Assembly: GCA_047967505.1 (NCBI GenBank)
Contig: CM106538.1
Source: Dipteris shenzhenensis
Lineage: Eukaryota
Direction: 5' to 3' (one strand)
Length of the DNA: 64,000 bases
Positions within the stretch are counted from its first letter, which is position 1, and every line of letters begins with the position of its first letter. Shown here in pieces: positions 60,663 through 64,000 of the stretch. Made by a program: the position numbers and the translations under genes. Under the pieces are notes generated by a model. That model was not told the DNA's origin and ran no database searches. It saw only the letters and a program-made list of their open reading frames with translations.

Positions 60663-62210
60663 ATGCCGAGTAGTTCTGAAACATTTGAAGGAGCTAGTGA
60701 GAGAACTAGGAGGTACTTGAGGAGAGTGGAGAAAAGACTTCCGGCAAACCAAACTAGGTACAAGAAGCATTACGTGCGACGTAAGTTTGCGAAGTCCTCA
60801 ACTCGAGCACAAAGTGAGCCCATTGGAGCAGTAGCCAGAGCAAGTAACTTCATCGACACTCTCATTGACTTGGACCAACAAGAACCCTGGTGGTCAGATC
60901 CGGACTCCGGAGAAGAAGAAGTGCAAAGCGGAGAACAGGTGAAAGAAGAGGGTACTAAGGACGAGGCCTCCTCAGGGACTCATCAAGGTCAAGGCAGCCC
61001 CTCTCCTCCTCCTGCAACGATGTCTTCATCAACCACCTCTTCTACCGGAGTGGTGACTCCATCTGCTCCCGCCTCAACCTCTTGTGGACAAGCTGCTACC
61101 TCATCTGTTATGCATAGCTCCGGGCTCCTAGCTAATCCTTCTTCTACATCTATTCCATTGGGGGGTACTTTTGCTCCGGCCATGCCTTTACCTGCCATGA
61201 TGGTTTCATCTCCCTTTCCATCCACACCGGTGTTGCCTTTTCCACCACCTTCTTCCTTCCCTTCTGCTTACTCATCCATGACTTCAACTCCGTCCCTCTC
61301 TTTCCCAAATGCTCTCCCATCCTCTTTCACCCCCACATCTTCCATGTTCTCACCCTTTCCTTCTGCAACACCGAGACCCCCCACTTACGCCCTACCATCT
61401 GGGTACACTTCCTCTATGACTACATCAGTAGTGACTTCTCCATTGTGGTCCTCCATAGGAGGGGTTGTCGGGGTGGTCTCCTCCTCGAGAGCACCAACAC
61501 TCATTACAGCTCCATCGGGACTCCCTCCAACTCTTGCATCCTCTCCAACCTCTCGGGTGGGGATGGCTCCCTCTCCAACCTCTCGGGTGGGAATGGCCGT
61601 TCTCAGTCCTCCAGACAGAGCTAGACTTCTCGAGCTACTCAACAAGGTCCACGTGAAGACTCAAAAGTTCAAAGGCCACCTCCATGAAGATGCGGAAGCT
61701 CATGTGAGGAAGTTCCTCACAGCATGTAGAGCTAAAGGTGTGGAGAATGAGCATGCGTTCCTTCACATCTTTCCCTCGTCATTGGAGGATGCTGCGGATG
61801 TATGGTACAGTCAATTTCCTCCGGACCACTTCCAGACGTGGACAGACCTAAGGGAGGAATTCTTACGCACTTTCAAGTTGGAAAAATTCGAACACATGAT
61901 TGTCCAAGAGTTATCCACTGACACCATGAAGCTTGGAGAGAGCATCTCTGAGATGTATACAAGGATGAGGGTCTTGGCGGCAAAGATGTCGGTGCCACCC
62001 AATGACGCCGTCATGAAGGGGTGGTTTTTGAAGGCTTTACCCTCCACCATTGCTATAAGGCTGGTTGACAAACTTCCTGAGCATGCCTCACTACAAGAAT
62101 TTCTGAGGGAAGCGGTGAAGATGGAACGGTCCCAGTTAAGTTTCGCCTCAACACCCGCTCAGACCGCCCAATTTCCGAGAGAAGAGGGCTCACAGGCAAT
62201 GTATTGTTGA
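60663..62210 (+). CDS. gag: Gag with a long Ser/Pro-rich N-terminal region, C-terminally truncated
   Basis: KFKGHLHEDAEAHVRKF..FPSSLEDAADVWY..TWTDLREEFLRTF..MKLGESISEMYTR. Confidence 0.92.
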   Translation: MPSSSETFEGASERTRRYLRRVEKRLPANQTRYKKHYVRRKFAKSSTRAQSEPIGAVARASNFIDTLIDLDQQEPWWSDPDSGEEEVQSGEQVKEEGTKDEASSGTHQGQGSPSPPPATMSSSTTSSTGVVTPSAPASTSCGQAATSSVMHSSGLLANPSSTSIPLGGTFAPAMPLPAMMVSSPFPSTPVLPFPPPSSFPSAYSSMTSTPSLSFPNALPSSFTPTSSMFSPFPSATPRPPTYALPSGYTSSMTTSVVTSPLWSSIGGVVGVVSSSRAPTLITAPSGLPPTLASSPTSRVGMAPSPTSRVGMAVLSPPDRARLLELLNKVHVKTQKFKGHLHEDAEAHVRKFLTACRAKGVENEHAFLHIFPSSLEDAADVWYSQFPPDHFQTWTDLREEFLRTFKLEKFEHMIVQELSTDTMKLGESISEMYTRMRVLAAKMSVPPNDAVMKGWFLKALPSTIAIRLVDKLPEHASLQEFLREAVKMERSQLSFASTPAQTAQFPREEGSQAMYC

Positions 62211-62214
62211 GTAG

Positions 62215-64000
62215 AGAAATGCACATACACTCAAGATCTCTGTTTATGAGTTGAAATTGACAACTGACGTACATTTCCAAGTACGCATGGCGGATCAACG
62301 CAAGGTGAAGCCTATGGGGGCTATAAAAGGTGTTCACATGAAGATTGGGGGAGTTACATTCCTGTCCAATTTTGTTGTACTTAATATGACGGAGGGTGAG
62401 CAGACTTATCCTCTACTTCTTGGTAGACCATGGTTACGCTCAGCAAAGGCCATTCAAGATTGGTCAAGTGATGAAGTTCGACTACCTTTGGGATCCACAT
62501 CCTTAGAAATAGACATGGTTACTGGAAGGGCCCGCCACCGACCTATGGAACTTGGGGAAGAGGATTTTGAAGAAGAAGAAGGGGTGGAAGAGGAGCGATG
62601 GGCACTTGGGGATTGGCCCCTACAGGAAGAAGAGTTGGCCTATGTGGAGGACTCACCCTTCCAAGGTGAAACCGATGTAACAGCGGCACGAGATGTTGGT
62701 GAGAGCTTGACGTACTTGCTGGAACATGCTAGACCAGATGAGGAAGAAGCTGTCATCTTGGATTGGATGGGGGCCTTGGGATCCTTAGCCATCAACATGG
62801 TGGAGTTGTGTCTAGAAGAGGATCCTGAAGCCCATTTTGGTACTTCACGGAATGCGCAAGAGGTGAGCCAGGAAGCCTCTTCCCCACCTGGTTTGGCTGA
62901 TCTCATGTATGAACGGATGCCTTTTGGCCTTCTTAATAATCCCCACATGTATCAGCGAATGATGTCCGCAAGTACCAGACCAAGTGGTGGGGAGGCCACC
63001 AGGGTGACTCAAAGACAAGACCATGAAGCAGCAATGGAAGCAATGGATGCACACGACATGGATGCCTCACACCAAGAAAATGACCATGGGGTCACAACAG
63101 AGGAGGAAGAGGATCCTATGCAAGAAGATGATGAGCGAGCGGAGCATAATGATGGTCCTGAAGAGAACACTCATGAATCTATGGAAGAAGAAGATGACCA
63201 CATAGATCATGGGCTGGCTGAGCACAATGATGGTATTGGAGAATACACTCATGGATCTGCAGAAGAAGAGGATGACCACCTACTTACTGATGTCATTCAA
63301 AGGCAGGAGGTACCGGAAATGACTCTTGGAAGGGTTATTGAATCCATTATGCAATCTGACCAACCTAGGAGGGGTCAAGAGGCCGGACAATTTGAAGGAG
63401 CCGTCCACATTCACACTGGAGTCTGGAACTTCAGACCTTCAAGGCAAGCCCACAGCATACAGGGAGAAGAAGATGTCGCGGACCTTGTTCTACTCGACTT
63501 ATATATGTCAGAAGCTGACTCCCCAACGACACAGGAGGTTCATGACACTACATACGAGGTGGTTGGACTACCATGTAGAGGAATGCTCAAGCAAGCACAA
63601 AAAGGAAAGAAGAGAATGGGCCCAATTGTTGCCTCTACATTTCAACCATTTCCAGAACACACCCAACAGTCCTATCCGAGCTCTTGGATGGAAGAAGTAG
63701 TGGGGAATTTTTCTCTAGATGATTCTCCTGCGCACCCAGCAGTGGGAGTAGAAGAACCGAACAACTCCACATCAGGAAGCATACCTCAGGTTGACCATGC
63801 CAGGGATTGGAGGTATCTGAACATAGGGACAGAAGACCAACCGCGACATCTTAAGGTAGCCAGTTGGGTCTGGGAACATGACTATCTCCTTGCTGCATTG
63901 TCTGATTTTTTTCAAGAGTATGTTGATGTCTTTGCCTGGTCATATAAGGATTTAAAGGGAGTACCCACTGAGTTCATGGAACATCGCATCGATCTATATC
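62215..64000 (+). CDS. pol: Pol 5' part: aspartic protease C-half, ~430-aa acidic spacer and RT N-terminus (open frame to the window end, absent from the ORF track)
   Basis: Translated by hand in frame 1: VRMADQRKVKPMG..FVVLNM..YPLLLGRPWL; EYVDVFAWSYKDLKGVPTEFMEHRIDL. The catalytic Asp motif is not intact. Confidence 0.9.

Larger units (their letters stand above)
54909..64000 (+). mobile_element. Young Tat/Ogre-type (non-chromovirus) Gypsy element, running off the window
   Basis: Interrupts the LINE RT at a TG (54909 or 54913); PBS at 60586; gag, protease and RT N-terminus follow. Confidence 0.85.

Overview
This is eukaryotic, land-plant-type intergenic DNA. A non-seed plant such as a fern or lycophyte is a guess based on the RTEX-like LINEs and the microsatellite density. 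It is made almost entirely of nested retrotransposons; I see no intact host gene, RNA gene or CRISPR array. Contents: (A) An L1-clade LINE family present five times, always at (GT)n/(CA)n microsatellites. It has a GTAC/CCGTAC-packed 5' UTR and a covarying 3' stem-loop, and one copy is a twin-primed 5' inversion with a 17-bp TSD. (B) A second L1 family with C-rich 5' UTRs: a 12.8-kb nested copy, a 1.85-kb internally deleted copy (both with TSDs) and a 3' fragment. (C) RTEX-like LINEs with an ORF1, an unexplained conserved C-terminal extension and microsatellite tails. (D) A non-autonomous Copia-derived LTR family (one complete copy with TSD, PBS and PPT, plus four partial LTRs) that shares a conserved ~55-nt hairpin at the LTR start. 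(E) Old Gypsy remnants. (F) At the right end, a young Tat/Ogre-type Gypsy element whose 5.7-kb region upstream of the PBS holds about 1.4 tandem copies of an antisense protein-coding unit. There is also a TRM/LONGIFOLIA-like pseudogene fragment and a fold-back repeat complex. All calls are by eye; family and domain names come from motif recognition, not database searches, and boundaries without a TSD are approximate.
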